A stretch of 13,993 nt of DNA from a candidate division WOR-3 bacterium (lineage in GTDB: Bacteria > Hydrothermota > Tepidihabitantia > Tepidihabitantales > Tepidihabitantaceae). Positions 1 through 7,137 of the stretch are shown in pieces (positions within the stretch are counted from its first letter, which is position 1; every line of letters starts with the position of its first letter). The notes under the pieces were generated by a model that did not search any database, was not told where the DNA came from, and saw only the letters and a program-made list of their open reading frames with translations. The position numbers and the translations under genes were made by a program. The stretch is taken from the NCBI GenBank assembly GCA_039801225.1, contig JBDRUH010000007.1, positions 36,427 through 50,419 on the forward strand. Reading direction: 5' to 3'.

Positions 1-246
1 GCCCCGAGCGAACAGAGAGGGATTCCTCGGCAGGCTCGGAATGACGGAGCCGAGGGTTAAATTGCAAAAGTCAAAACGATTTGAGATTTGGCTTTTGACT
101 TTTGACTTTACGAAAGGATTCCTCCACTTCGGTCGGAATGACGGGGCGAGGGAATTGCCCCGCCGGCTCGCCTTACTCGCACCTGTCATCCTTGATATAA
201 TCAGCTCCAAACTATCCTCCTAAATGGTAACGGTCTCTTGATCACA
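1..246. repeat. Partial inverted copy of the 7197-7618 non-coding element, truncated by the window start
   Basis: Reverse complement of 1-62 equals 7398-7459 exactly. After a 21-bp indel, roughly 90% identity (counted by eye) continues to ~170. A perfect 23-bp block links 188-210 and 7230-7252, and similarity runs to ~246. Confidence 0.95.
173..201 (+). promoter_or_regulatory. Putative sigma70 promoter inside the repeat, facing the 356 gene
   Basis: TTACTC (173-178), 17-bp spacer, TATAAT (196-201) with an extended TG at 193-194. The -10 region is identical in the second copy. Confidence 0.5.
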
Positions 247-309
247 TATATCCCCTGAAAAAACTAAACTTTCAATCTGTATAGGCTCGGGTATGTTTTT
301 GCTTTGCTC

Positions 310-351
310 TTGACTTTTTGCAGGAATTTTTTATAATTTTTAAAAAGGAGG
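310..351 (+). promoter_or_regulatory. Sigma70 promoter and RBS of the 356 gene
   Basis: TTGACT 310-315, 16-bp spacer, TATAAT 332-337; AGGAGG 346-351 before ATG 356. Confidence 0.75.
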
Positions 352-355
352 ACAG

Positions 356-3121
356 ATGAGTAACATAATTTCTATTGTTCTAATAATTCTCGGGCTGTCT
401 GTACCCGGGAGAGATGTAAGACCGCAGATGTCCCAAGTTAAACACCGCCCCTCAGGCATCATCAATAAAAATAGGTTTGATTTCCGAAAGCCCGATTGGT
501 TTCTTAACAATCTCAAAAGAAAAGCTTGCCTTGAGCGAAGCCGAAAGGAGACAAAATCCCGGCATTCTGGCAAATTTCAATTAGAGGAGTTTCCTTTTGA
601 TACAACGACTATCTTTGGACCGGCCCCAGGTGAGCAGGAAGTTCCTGACATCGCCTTTGATGGGACAAACTTCTTCGTGGTTTGGGATGATGACCGTGAA
701 GGAGATTTTTACCAGATTTATGGCGCAAGGGTAACTCCAAATGGGGTTCTCCTTGACTCTTTCTCCATTCCCATATCGGTTGGTGAAGGTAACCGGGCAT
801 GTCCAGCGGTTGCCTTTGACGGCACAAACTACTTTGTTGTGTGGATGGACGACCGGAATATGGACTGGGTCTTTGAGATTTATGGTGCGCGAGTCACCCA
901 GGATGGAGGTGTGTTAGACTCCAATGGAATTTCTATATCAACCGGCGGTGGCGACCGATATTATCCTTGTGTCGCTTTTGATGGGACAAACTACTTTGTT
1001 GCCTGGAGTGATGACCGGGATGGCGATGGGTCTTTTGATATTTACGGAACAAGGGTAACGCCACAGGGTGAGGTTCTTGAACCGGATGGCATTCCAATCT
1101 GCACCAACCCATACCAGCAGATGCTCTTTAGGAGTATAATCTTTGGTGCGGGTAACTACTTTTTAATATGGATGGACGGTCGGGATGAAGATGACCAGTA
1201 TCCCAATTTATATGGGGCAAGGGTTAGGACTGATGGTGGTGTATTAGACCCTAATGGTAAACCGATAATTCAGGAAGCGAATTTGCAGATGTTCCCCGAT
1301 TTAGGGTTTGATGGCACAAACTACTTTGCGGTCTGGCAGGATGACCGGGAAATGGAGGAGGATTACCGGATATACGGTTGCCGAATTGATACCAACGGGG
1401 CTCCTATTGATAGTGGTGGTATCCTGCTCACTAATGAGTATTCCGAATATCCGGCGATAGGCTTTGATGGCGCAAACTATCTGGTGAGTTATCTTCTACC
1501 GTATAACTACGGTAAGATTTATGGGATGAGAATCAGCCCTGAAGGCGCGGTTATTGACACATTTACTATCAACCCGAACTACAGTTACATTCCACCGGCA
1601 GTCTCCTTTGGTGCGGACAAATATTTTGTTTCCTTTAGCATCTTTGGCTTAGGCGATTTGGATTTATATGGTGCAAGGGTTACAACCGAAGGTGAGGTTC
1701 TTGACCCGGATGGTATTCTTCTTGCCTATGGCTGGCAGAACATTGAGCAGCAAAACCCGGTTGCCGCATTTGATGGCACAAACTATCTCGTCGTCTGGGA
1801 GGATTCAAGAAATCCCGATCTTAACATCTATGGCACAAGGCTGACACCTGCCGGTGAAATTCTTGACCCTAATGGGATAAGGATAAACTACTCTGAAAGT
1901 TGGCAGGAGACTCCGGCAATCGGTTATGACGGTAGCAACTACTTTGTTGTCTGGACCGACTACCGTAATGAGGAAGGGGACATCTTCGGCTGCCGGGTAA
2001 CAAAAAACGGGGTTGTTTTGGACTCGGAAGGGATTCAGATATCTTTCAGCGATTATGATGATTATGCACCAAGTATCGCTTTTGATGGGACAAACTATCT
2101 TGTCGTCTGGCAATCATATGAGTGGTTGCCAAGTGAGGAAGGTAAAATCTGGGGCGCAAGAGTAGCACCCGATGGTCAAATCCTCGGCATATTAGAAATC
2201 ACCTCAGGAGATTACTACTTATCCCAGTCCGCTGTCACTTTTGGAGACGAAAATTACCTTGTTGTCTGGAGGGACTACCGTAATGATAGGCAAGATATTT
2301 ATGGTGCCCGAGTGTCAAAGGAAGGTGTATTATTAGACCCGAATGGAATTCCAATTGATACCTCCTCTTCTTTTTTCTATAAACAGGACCCGGCTCTCAG
2401 TTCTGATGGAGATAACTATTTTGTAGTTTATGCCTTATCTGATACTACAAATTGGTATCCCGATATTTACGGTAAAAGAGTAAACCAAGACGGTGTGGTG
2501 ATTGATAGAGAGCCCATCCCAATCTCTACTGCGGAATATGAGCAGTATATTCCTTCAATAGACTTTAATGGCACAAACTATCTGGTTGTCTGGCAAGATT
2601 ATCGGGAACGGGTATCAGAGATATATGGCGCAAGGGTAATGCCCAATGGTACTGTCCTTGACCCGGAGGGAATAAAGTTAATAAGTGAGTTAGAAGACAG
2701 ATATCAACCCAGGGTTTGTTGTGGTCCATCACCCGTAAAAGGCGTCCAGCATCTCTTAACCTTTTATGGCTACTATTCGCCCTTATCTGTCAATAAGGCG
2801 CTGGGCGCATTATATTTTGATGAACTTGGTGGTAGTAAAGAGAATTCCGCATTCCCCATTCCGAATTCTGCATTTCGCCTCTACCCCAACCCGATGAATA
2901 GAAAAGGCTATCTTGAGTTCACCCTCCCGGTAGATGGCGATGTTGATGTGGCACTTTACTCAGTTGATGGCAGAATGGTGAAAAACCTCTGCAACGGAAG
3001 AATCAAGGCGGGCAACCACACAATTCCCATTGACTCGCAAAACCTGCCTCTTGGTGTCTATTTCCTTAACCTGAGATTTGGTGATAAAACTGCAAAGGAG
3101 AAACTGCTGATTATCAGGTAA
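356..3121 (+). CDS. Secreted repeat protein (probable beta-propeller) with a C-terminal T9SS type A (Por secretion)-like sorting domain
   Basis: Hydrophobic N-terminus (IISIVLIILGLSV). 13 clear plus 1 degenerate ~52-aa repeats (PxxAFDGTNYxVVWxDxR...IYGARV...GxVLDPxGIxI). C-terminal LYPNP...LYSVDGRMVK...LPLGVYFL motif. Strong RBS. Confidence 0.9.
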   Translation: MSNIISIVLIILGLSVPGRDVRPQMSQVKHRPSGIINKNRFDFRKPDWFLNNLKRKACLERSRKETKSRHSGKFQLEEFPFDTTTIFGPAPGEQEVPDIAFDGTNFFVVWDDDREGDFYQIYGARVTPNGVLLDSFSIPISVGEGNRACPAVAFDGTNYFVVWMDDRNMDWVFEIYGARVTQDGGVLDSNGISISTGGGDRYYPCVAFDGTNYFVAWSDDRDGDGSFDIYGTRVTPQGEVLEPDGIPICTNPYQQMLFRSIIFGAGNYFLIWMDGRDEDDQYPNLYGARVRTDGGVLDPNGKPIIQEANLQMFPDLGFDGTNYFAVWQDDREMEEDYRIYGCRIDTNGAPIDSGGILLTNEYSEYPAIGFDGANYLVSYLLPYNYGKIYGMRISPEGAVIDTFTINPNYSYIPPAVSFGADKYFVSFSIFGLGDLDLYGARVTTEGEVLDPDGILLAYGWQNIEQQNPVAAFDGTNYLVVWEDSRNPDLNIYGTRLTPAGEILDPNGIRINYSESWQETPAIGYDGSNYFVVWTDYRNEEGDIFGCRVTKNGVVLDSEGIQISFSDYDDYAPSIAFDGTNYLVVWQSYEWLPSEEGKIWGARVAPDGQILGILEITSGDYYLSQSAVTFGDENYLVVWRDYRNDRQDIYGARVSKEGVLLDPNGIPIDTSSSFFYKQDPALSSDGDNYFVVYALSDTTNWYPDIYGKRVNQDGVVIDREPIPISTAEYEQYIPSIDFNGTNYLVVWQDYRERVSEIYGARVMPNGTVLDPEGIKLISELEDRYQPRVCCGPSPVKGVQHLLTFYGYYSPLSVNKALGALYFDELGGSKENSAFPIPNSAFRLYPNPMNRKGYLEFTLPVDGDVDVALYSVDGRMVKNLCNGRIKAGNHTIPIDSQNLPLGVYFLNLRFGDKTAKEKLLIIR
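524..551 (+). repeat. REP-like 28-mer in frame within the secreted protein gene
   Basis: GCTTGCCTTGAGCGAAGCCGAAAGGAGA is 25/28 identical to 9750-9777 at the end of topA; it encodes ACLERSRKE. Confidence 0.8.
2844..2878. repeat. Five tandem heptamers (ATTCCGC-like) in the linker before the sorting domain
   Basis: ATTCCGC ATTCCCC ATTCCGA ATTCTGC ATTTCGC. Confidence 0.8.
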
Positions 3122-3138
3122 CAGAATTCCAGAACTAC

Positions 3139-3181
3139 ATTTCGGGAAGCAAGGCTAAATAAAAGCTCTGCTTCCCGAAAT
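3139..3181 (+). terminator. Stem-loop after the 356 gene, probable terminator
   Basis: Perfect 13-bp inverted repeat ATTTCGGGAAGCA (3139-3151) / TGCTTCCCGAAAT (3169-3181) with a 17-nt loop. The pyrimidine tail after it is only moderately T-rich. Confidence 0.55.
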
Positions 3182-3192
3182 CTGGCTTCTCT

Positions 3193-3405
3193 TTGCCAAC
3201 ATTTACTTCTGGTTCGGGTTTAACTTCGGAAAGCGCTGGAATTTTTTTATGGTCGGATTGGACCGATAAAGGCAAAGTATTCCTTTATCTGCTGAAATGG
3301 GCTGGATGGACTCTTATTATTGGTGTGGTGAATATGGTTCCGGCTTATTTTATAGCCATCCTTGCCCTTTTCCTCCCTACCCTCCGCAGAAGGTTTTCCA
3401 GGTAA
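3193..3405 (+). other. Possible small membrane protein or gene remnant (70 aa)
   Basis: Two hydrophobic segments followed by a basic tail (RRRFSR). TTG start with no evident RBS. Confidence 0.25.
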
Positions 3406-3504
3406 AGATAAAATAAACACTATTAGTAGTATATAGACTAAAACTACACACAATATGCAGGGAGGGGGGCACGCCCCGGGCTAGCCCTATAACAACCCTA
3501 TCTC

Positions 3505-3740
3505 TGGCAATAGTGGGAGAAATCCGGCCAATTTTACTAAAAAGTTTCTTTTTGGCGCCTGTTTGTATTAGTCTTGTTAAGCCCATTATCACCAAAGATT
3601 TTTGTGATGGCGGGGGCACCCATTTTCCGACAGTCGGAGTTAAAAACGGTTTCGCCATATCTCGGGAAGTGGCGGTGTTCAACGCCAGAGAATGTCAATA
3701 TATAAAATTTTGGTCCGGGCAATCTAATTCACTATTGCCA
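3505..3740. other. Inverted-repeat-bounded multi-hairpin intergenic region
   Basis: TGGCAATAGTG 3505-3515 pairs with CACTATTGCCA 3730-3740, with further nested complementary segments and three internal hairpins. Confidence 0.4.
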
Positions 3741-3763
3741 AAAGGGCTATTTTATGGTATCAT
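3735..3763 (+). promoter_or_regulatory. Sigma70 promoter of the TPR gene, predicted leaderless
   Basis: TTGCCA 3735-3740, 17-bp spacer, TG-extended TATCAT 3758-3763; only 6 nt separate the -10 from ATG 3770. Confidence 0.6.
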
Positions 3764-3769
3764 TAGATA

Positions 3770-5008
3770 ATGCCAGACGCATCGCCATCTCCTCCGAATC
3801 CGGTAAAACGACCTGAGAAGGAAAGTGGTTTGTCGGGTATCTCTAAGAAATTTTGGGAAGAAGGGCTTGCCGCATTCTACCGAAATGACGAGGAGGGTGC
3901 GCTGGAGTTGTTCTTAGATGTGCTGGAGGTAAATCCGGGCAATCTCCGTTGCTGTTATCTTGCGGCGCTTTGTGCCGCCATCTTGGGTGATGAGGAAACA
4001 TTGGAGGAGGTTTGCCAAAAGGCACGCCGGACAAATTCGCGTCATCCCTATGTGATTGGCTGCGAGGCGGTGCGGGCGTTCTTCTATGCCAACTATGAAC
4101 GGTCCGAACATCTTTTTAACATCGCCCTGCGTTCCTTGCCCCTTGACCTTGACCTGCACCTCGGCTTGGGCACCCTTTATGAGGAGATGGGGGCAGAGGA
4201 GAAGAGCGCCGAGGTTTACCGTCAGGCGGTGGAACTGGCACCAGACAATATCCGGGCAAGAATTTCTTTGGGAATGAGCTTCGCCTTGAACGGTGAATAC
4301 ACCAATGCCCTTATTGAATATAAACAAGCAAAGGCTTTTGACCCGAGTGTGGAAAATCCTCATCAGCACCTGGGTAGGGACTATTATGTGGATGGACTGT
4401 TTGATGAGGCAGTGTCCGAGTTTTTGCAGGCGATTGCTGAGGAACCGAACTCTTCTGCCGCCTATTTTTATCTCTTGGACTGTTATCGGCGGATGGGAAG
4501 GGTTGACGAGATGCTGGATATCTATCAGACAATCAAAACCCGTTTTGCTCAGGATGAGGAGACAGCCAGCCGATTCTTTGAATTTTTCCGGATGTATAAT
4601 GAGGCTTTACCGCTATTAGAGCGATTGGTCAAGAGAAATCCCAATGATTTGGAACTGCTTATGCGCCTAAGCGTTGTGTATCAGGAGACGGGAAAGTTTG
4701 ACAAGGCGATTGCCACTCTGGAGCGGGCGGTGGCGCTGGCACCGGAGTTTGCCGGTTTGTGGACAACACTGGCTGGGCTTTATCTCCAAAAGGGCGATTA
4801 TCCTCAGGCGGTTGCCAGTGCTGAGCGGGCAATTCGGCTTAACCGATATGAGGAGGAGGCTTATGGAATTCTCGCCGACGCTTTACTATATTTGGGGAAA
4901 ATGGAGGATGCGGAAAGGATGGCACGAGAGCAGGAAAGAATCCGTGACGAAGCCTGGCGCAAGTATCAGAATAAATTTTCGGGCAGAGACAAAGACGACA
5001 ATATTTAG
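3770..5008 (+). CDS. Tetratricopeptide repeat protein
   Basis: 412 aa with repeated 34-aa helical motifs (e.g. LHLGLGTLYEEMG..AEVYRQAVELAPDN; LWTTLAGLYLQKGDYPQAVASAERAIRLN). Confidence 0.9.
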   Translation: MPDASPSPPNPVKRPEKESGLSGISKKFWEEGLAAFYRNDEEGALELFLDVLEVNPGNLRCCYLAALCAAILGDEETLEEVCQKARRTNSRHPYVIGCEAVRAFFYANYERSEHLFNIALRSLPLDLDLHLGLGTLYEEMGAEEKSAEVYRQAVELAPDNIRARISLGMSFALNGEYTNALIEYKQAKAFDPSVENPHQHLGRDYYVDGLFDEAVSEFLQAIAEEPNSSAAYFYLLDCYRRMGRVDEMLDIYQTIKTRFAQDEETASRFFEFFRMYNEALPLLERLVKRNPNDLELLMRLSVVYQETGKFDKAIATLERAVALAPEFAGLWTTLAGLYLQKGDYPQAVASAERAIRLNRYEEEAYGILADALLYLGKMEDAERMAREQERIRDEAWRKYQNKFSGRDKDDNI

Positions 5009-5022
5009 TGTTAAGAATTTAT

Positions 5023-5050
5023 TTGACAAACAGAAAATTTTTGGTAATTT
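5023..5050 (+). promoter_or_regulatory. Putative promoter of the intergenic RNA
   Basis: TTGACA 5023-5028, 16-bp spacer, TG-extended TAATTT 5045-5050. No credible + strand CDS follows. Confidence 0.55.
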
Positions 5051-5057
5051 TTATAGT

Positions 5058-5212
5058 GGAGTTTGGTGAGGCGAAGGCGGTTTTTCAGGCGACGGAACGG
5101 CATCTCAACCTCCTCAAAAAGCCCTAACGGAATGCGCAAGCATTCCGACATCCCACCAAAAAAGCCTCGCCTGAAATGGCCCTGTACCGTTTTCGCCTCA
5201 CTTTTTATTTTT
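5058..5212 (+). ncRNA. Putative structured small RNA, family unassigned
   Basis: 16-bp closing stem 5066-5081/5186-5201 with two G-U pairs that favour the + strand. 10-bp stem 5083-5092/5167-5176. 8-bp hairpin with a GCAA tetraloop at 5128-5147. U-tract from 5202. Confidence 0.65.
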
Positions 5213-5254
5213 AGAGGAAGACCGAAACGGCCGTGGGCTGTCGGCTGACAGCGG

Positions 5255-6199
5255 TCAGGTAATGGTGCTTCCGCGGATAAGGTGCTGGGCGAGTTTTATG
5301 GCGGCAAGCATTGAACTGGCGGATGCTATACCCTTGCCAGCAATGTCAAAGGCGACGCCGTGCAGAGGGGAGGTCCGGATTTTACCCAGACCAAGAGTAA
5401 CATTGACCCCTTTACCTTTGGAGAGAATCTTTGCCGGAATCATCGCCTGGTCGTGATACATTGCCACAAACCCGTCAAACTCTTTGCCCCGGGCAAAGAG
5501 GGAGTCAGCCGGAAACGGACCATCAGCGATAATGCCCTGTTTTCTTGCCCAGGTAACCGCCTGAGCGATTTTTTTCTCTTCGCCCAGACTGAACTCTTCG
5601 CTATGCGGGTTCAGGGCAAAAACGGCAATCTTAGGATGGCGGCTGCCTTCAAGCCTTAAAAATTTGTCTAAGAGATATATTTTCTCTCTTACCGCGGCGG
5701 TGGTGATGTGTCGGGAGACCTGGGCAATCGGTAGGTGAATGGTGACAAATACCACTTTGAAGTTCGGTGACCAGGCAAGCATCGCATAGCGTCGGACGCC
5801 GAGTCGGGCAGCAAGGAGTTCTGTCTGACCCGGATAGGAGAATCCGGCAAGCCGGAGCGCCTCTTTGGCTACTGGCGCAGTTACCAGCGCCGCAATTTTT
5901 TCCTCCTTTAACAATGTTACGCCCAGTTCCAGCGCCTTTAGGGCGGCAACACCAGAGTTCTTCTCCACTCTGCCCATTTGGTATTTTCCTACAGAACCGG
6001 TATCAATAATTTGAGGAAGGTCGGTGTTTATCCTTAGCCTTTTTTTCTCCTCTTCAAAAACCGCTAGCGAGCCGATGAGGACGATGTTTTTCCTTTTCGT
6101 GCCTCGGAGGGCTTTGAGGATGATTTCCGGACCGATTCCCGCCGGGTCGCCCATCGTGATACCAACTAATTGGTTTTTAGTTTTGGATTGCTGGTCCAT
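5255..6199 (-). CDS. pdxA: 4-hydroxythreonine-4-phosphate dehydrogenase (PdxA family)
   Basis: Family motifs ITMGDPAGIGPE, VTAPV, LNPH, GPFPADSLF, AMYHDQ, VNVTLGL..IRTSPxHGxAFDIAGKG. ATG 6199 preferred over TTG 6208. Confidence 0.92.
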   Translation of the reverse strand: MDQQSKTKNQLVGITMGDPAGIGPEIILKALRGTKRKNIVLIGSLAVFEEEKKRLRINTDLPQIIDTGSVGKYQMGRVEKNSGVAALKALELGVTLLKEEKIAALVTAPVAKEALRLAGFSYPGQTELLAARLGVRRYAMLAWSPNFKVVFVTIHLPIAQVSRHITTAAVREKIYLLDKFLRLEGSRHPKIAVFALNPHSEEFSLGEEKKIAQAVTWARKQGIIADGPFPADSLFARGKEFDGFVAMYHDQAMIPAKILSKGKGVNVTLGLGKIRTSPLHGVAFDIAGKGIASASSMLAAIKLAQHLIRGSTIT

Positions 6200-6221
6200 T
6201 ATTACCAACTACCGACCATAC

Positions 6222-7085
6222 TTAATAGTGACTCAAGGTGCCGGAGCGTCTTGTCCAGCGGTCAATGAGCATAAATACCGTTAAACCAAAACCAACCCAG
6301 AGCAGCGAAAGGAACCCAAGTCGGCTGAGGGCATTGAGAAGGGAGAAGTCCATTTTTTCTCCTATCAGGAAATGACGGGTGGTGAGAATGCCATAGGTTG
6401 TCGGGACAAACAGCGCCGCCTTCTGCATAAAAACGGGCAGAACTGTTAAAGGATAGGCAACCGGGGTGAGGATCATCAGAATGCTGCCCAGCGCCTCACT
6501 CACCAACCAGCCCTGCTTGAAGATAAGGGTGAAACTGGCCATAAACATTCCGATACCGTACAGGGCAATGAGCATCAGGGCGATGGTTAAAAGCGAGGGT
6601 AATAGTCCCAAAGGGTTGATTCTGATGCTGAACACCAGAAGGATGAAGACGATTTGAACGCCAATCATTAAGAGTTGGTGCAGGGTGGAGTGAATTGACA
6701 TTCCCATAGTGAATACCCAGCGGGGCACCGGTGCAGCAAATACCGATTCTAAGGTGCCATAAAACTGTTCCTTTCTTAAACTGAAACCCATCGCCCAGAG
6801 CGCCATATTGAGAAAGCCGATGAACACATAGCCAAGGGTGATGAAGGTAACGATATCCGAGGTGCCAACCAACCGCCTTAAGTTCTCCGACTCCCGACCG
6901 CCAACCAGGGCGACGCCGTAAAGGAGATAAGGCAGGAGGTAAACTACCGGGTCAATAAGACCCCGGGCAAAGTCCGCTTTGTAGGTTAGTTCTAATTTCC
7001 ACTCCTTGATGTTTTCTGCCCAGACCGCCGCCGCGTAATGGCGCAATAACCTTATAAATCTGTGGAGGTGAGAACCTTTCGTCAT
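6222..7085 (-). CDS. ABC-2 type transporter permease
   Basis: 287 aa with about six TM segments, the EQFYGTLESVFAAP motif, and YPLTVLP..MQK...FVPTTY, typical of ABC-2 membrane subunits. Confidence 0.88.
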   Translation of the reverse strand: MTKGSHLHRFIRLLRHYAAAVWAENIKEWKLELTYKADFARGLIDPVVYLLPYLLYGVALVGGRESENLRRLVGTSDIVTFITLGYVFIGFLNMALWAMGFSLRKEQFYGTLESVFAAPVPRWVFTMGMSIHSTLHQLLMIGVQIVFILLVFSIRINPLGLLPSLLTIALMLIALYGIGMFMASFTLIFKQGWLVSEALGSILMILTPVAYPLTVLPVFMQKAALFVPTTYGILTTRHFLIGEKMDFSLLNALSRLGFLSLLWVGFGLTVFMLIDRWTRRSGTLSHY

Positions 7086-7109
7086 TGAAAAATGTCTTTA
7101 ATCTTTTTC

Positions 7110-7137
7110 ATTATACCGCGGACAAACATCCGGTCAA
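7110..7137 (-). promoter_or_regulatory. Sigma70 promoter for the permease-pdxA unit
   Basis: On the - strand: TTGACC (7137-7132), 16-bp spacer, TATAAT (7115-7110). Confidence 0.7.

Noticed and set aside
41..223. 60-aa ORF
   Set aside because: Lies wholly within the repeat element; it is a translation of REP and heptamer sequence and is disrupted by indels in the other copy.
650..2680. Recurring TTTGATGGCACAAACTA-like DNA every ~160 bp as a CRISPR array or DGR
   Set aside because: The repeats are codon-degenerate copies of the FDGTNY protein motif within one ORF; no cas or reverse transcriptase gene is present.
3608..3628. Minus-strand AAAATGGGTGCCCCCGCC as a T-box or cobalamin riboswitch motif
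   Set aside because: It lacks the UGGN bulge and the other conserved elements, and no relevant gene follows.
3247..3770. Short overlapping ORFs 3247-3453, 3377-3682, 3513-3770 and 3537-3722
   Set aside because: Mutually overlapping, no RBS or recognisable domains; the region is better explained as structured intergenic DNA.
5063..5248. 61-aa Arg-rich + strand ORF
   Set aside because: TTG start with only a weak GGAG 1 nt upstream; it coincides with strong RNA stems and runs through the U-tract.
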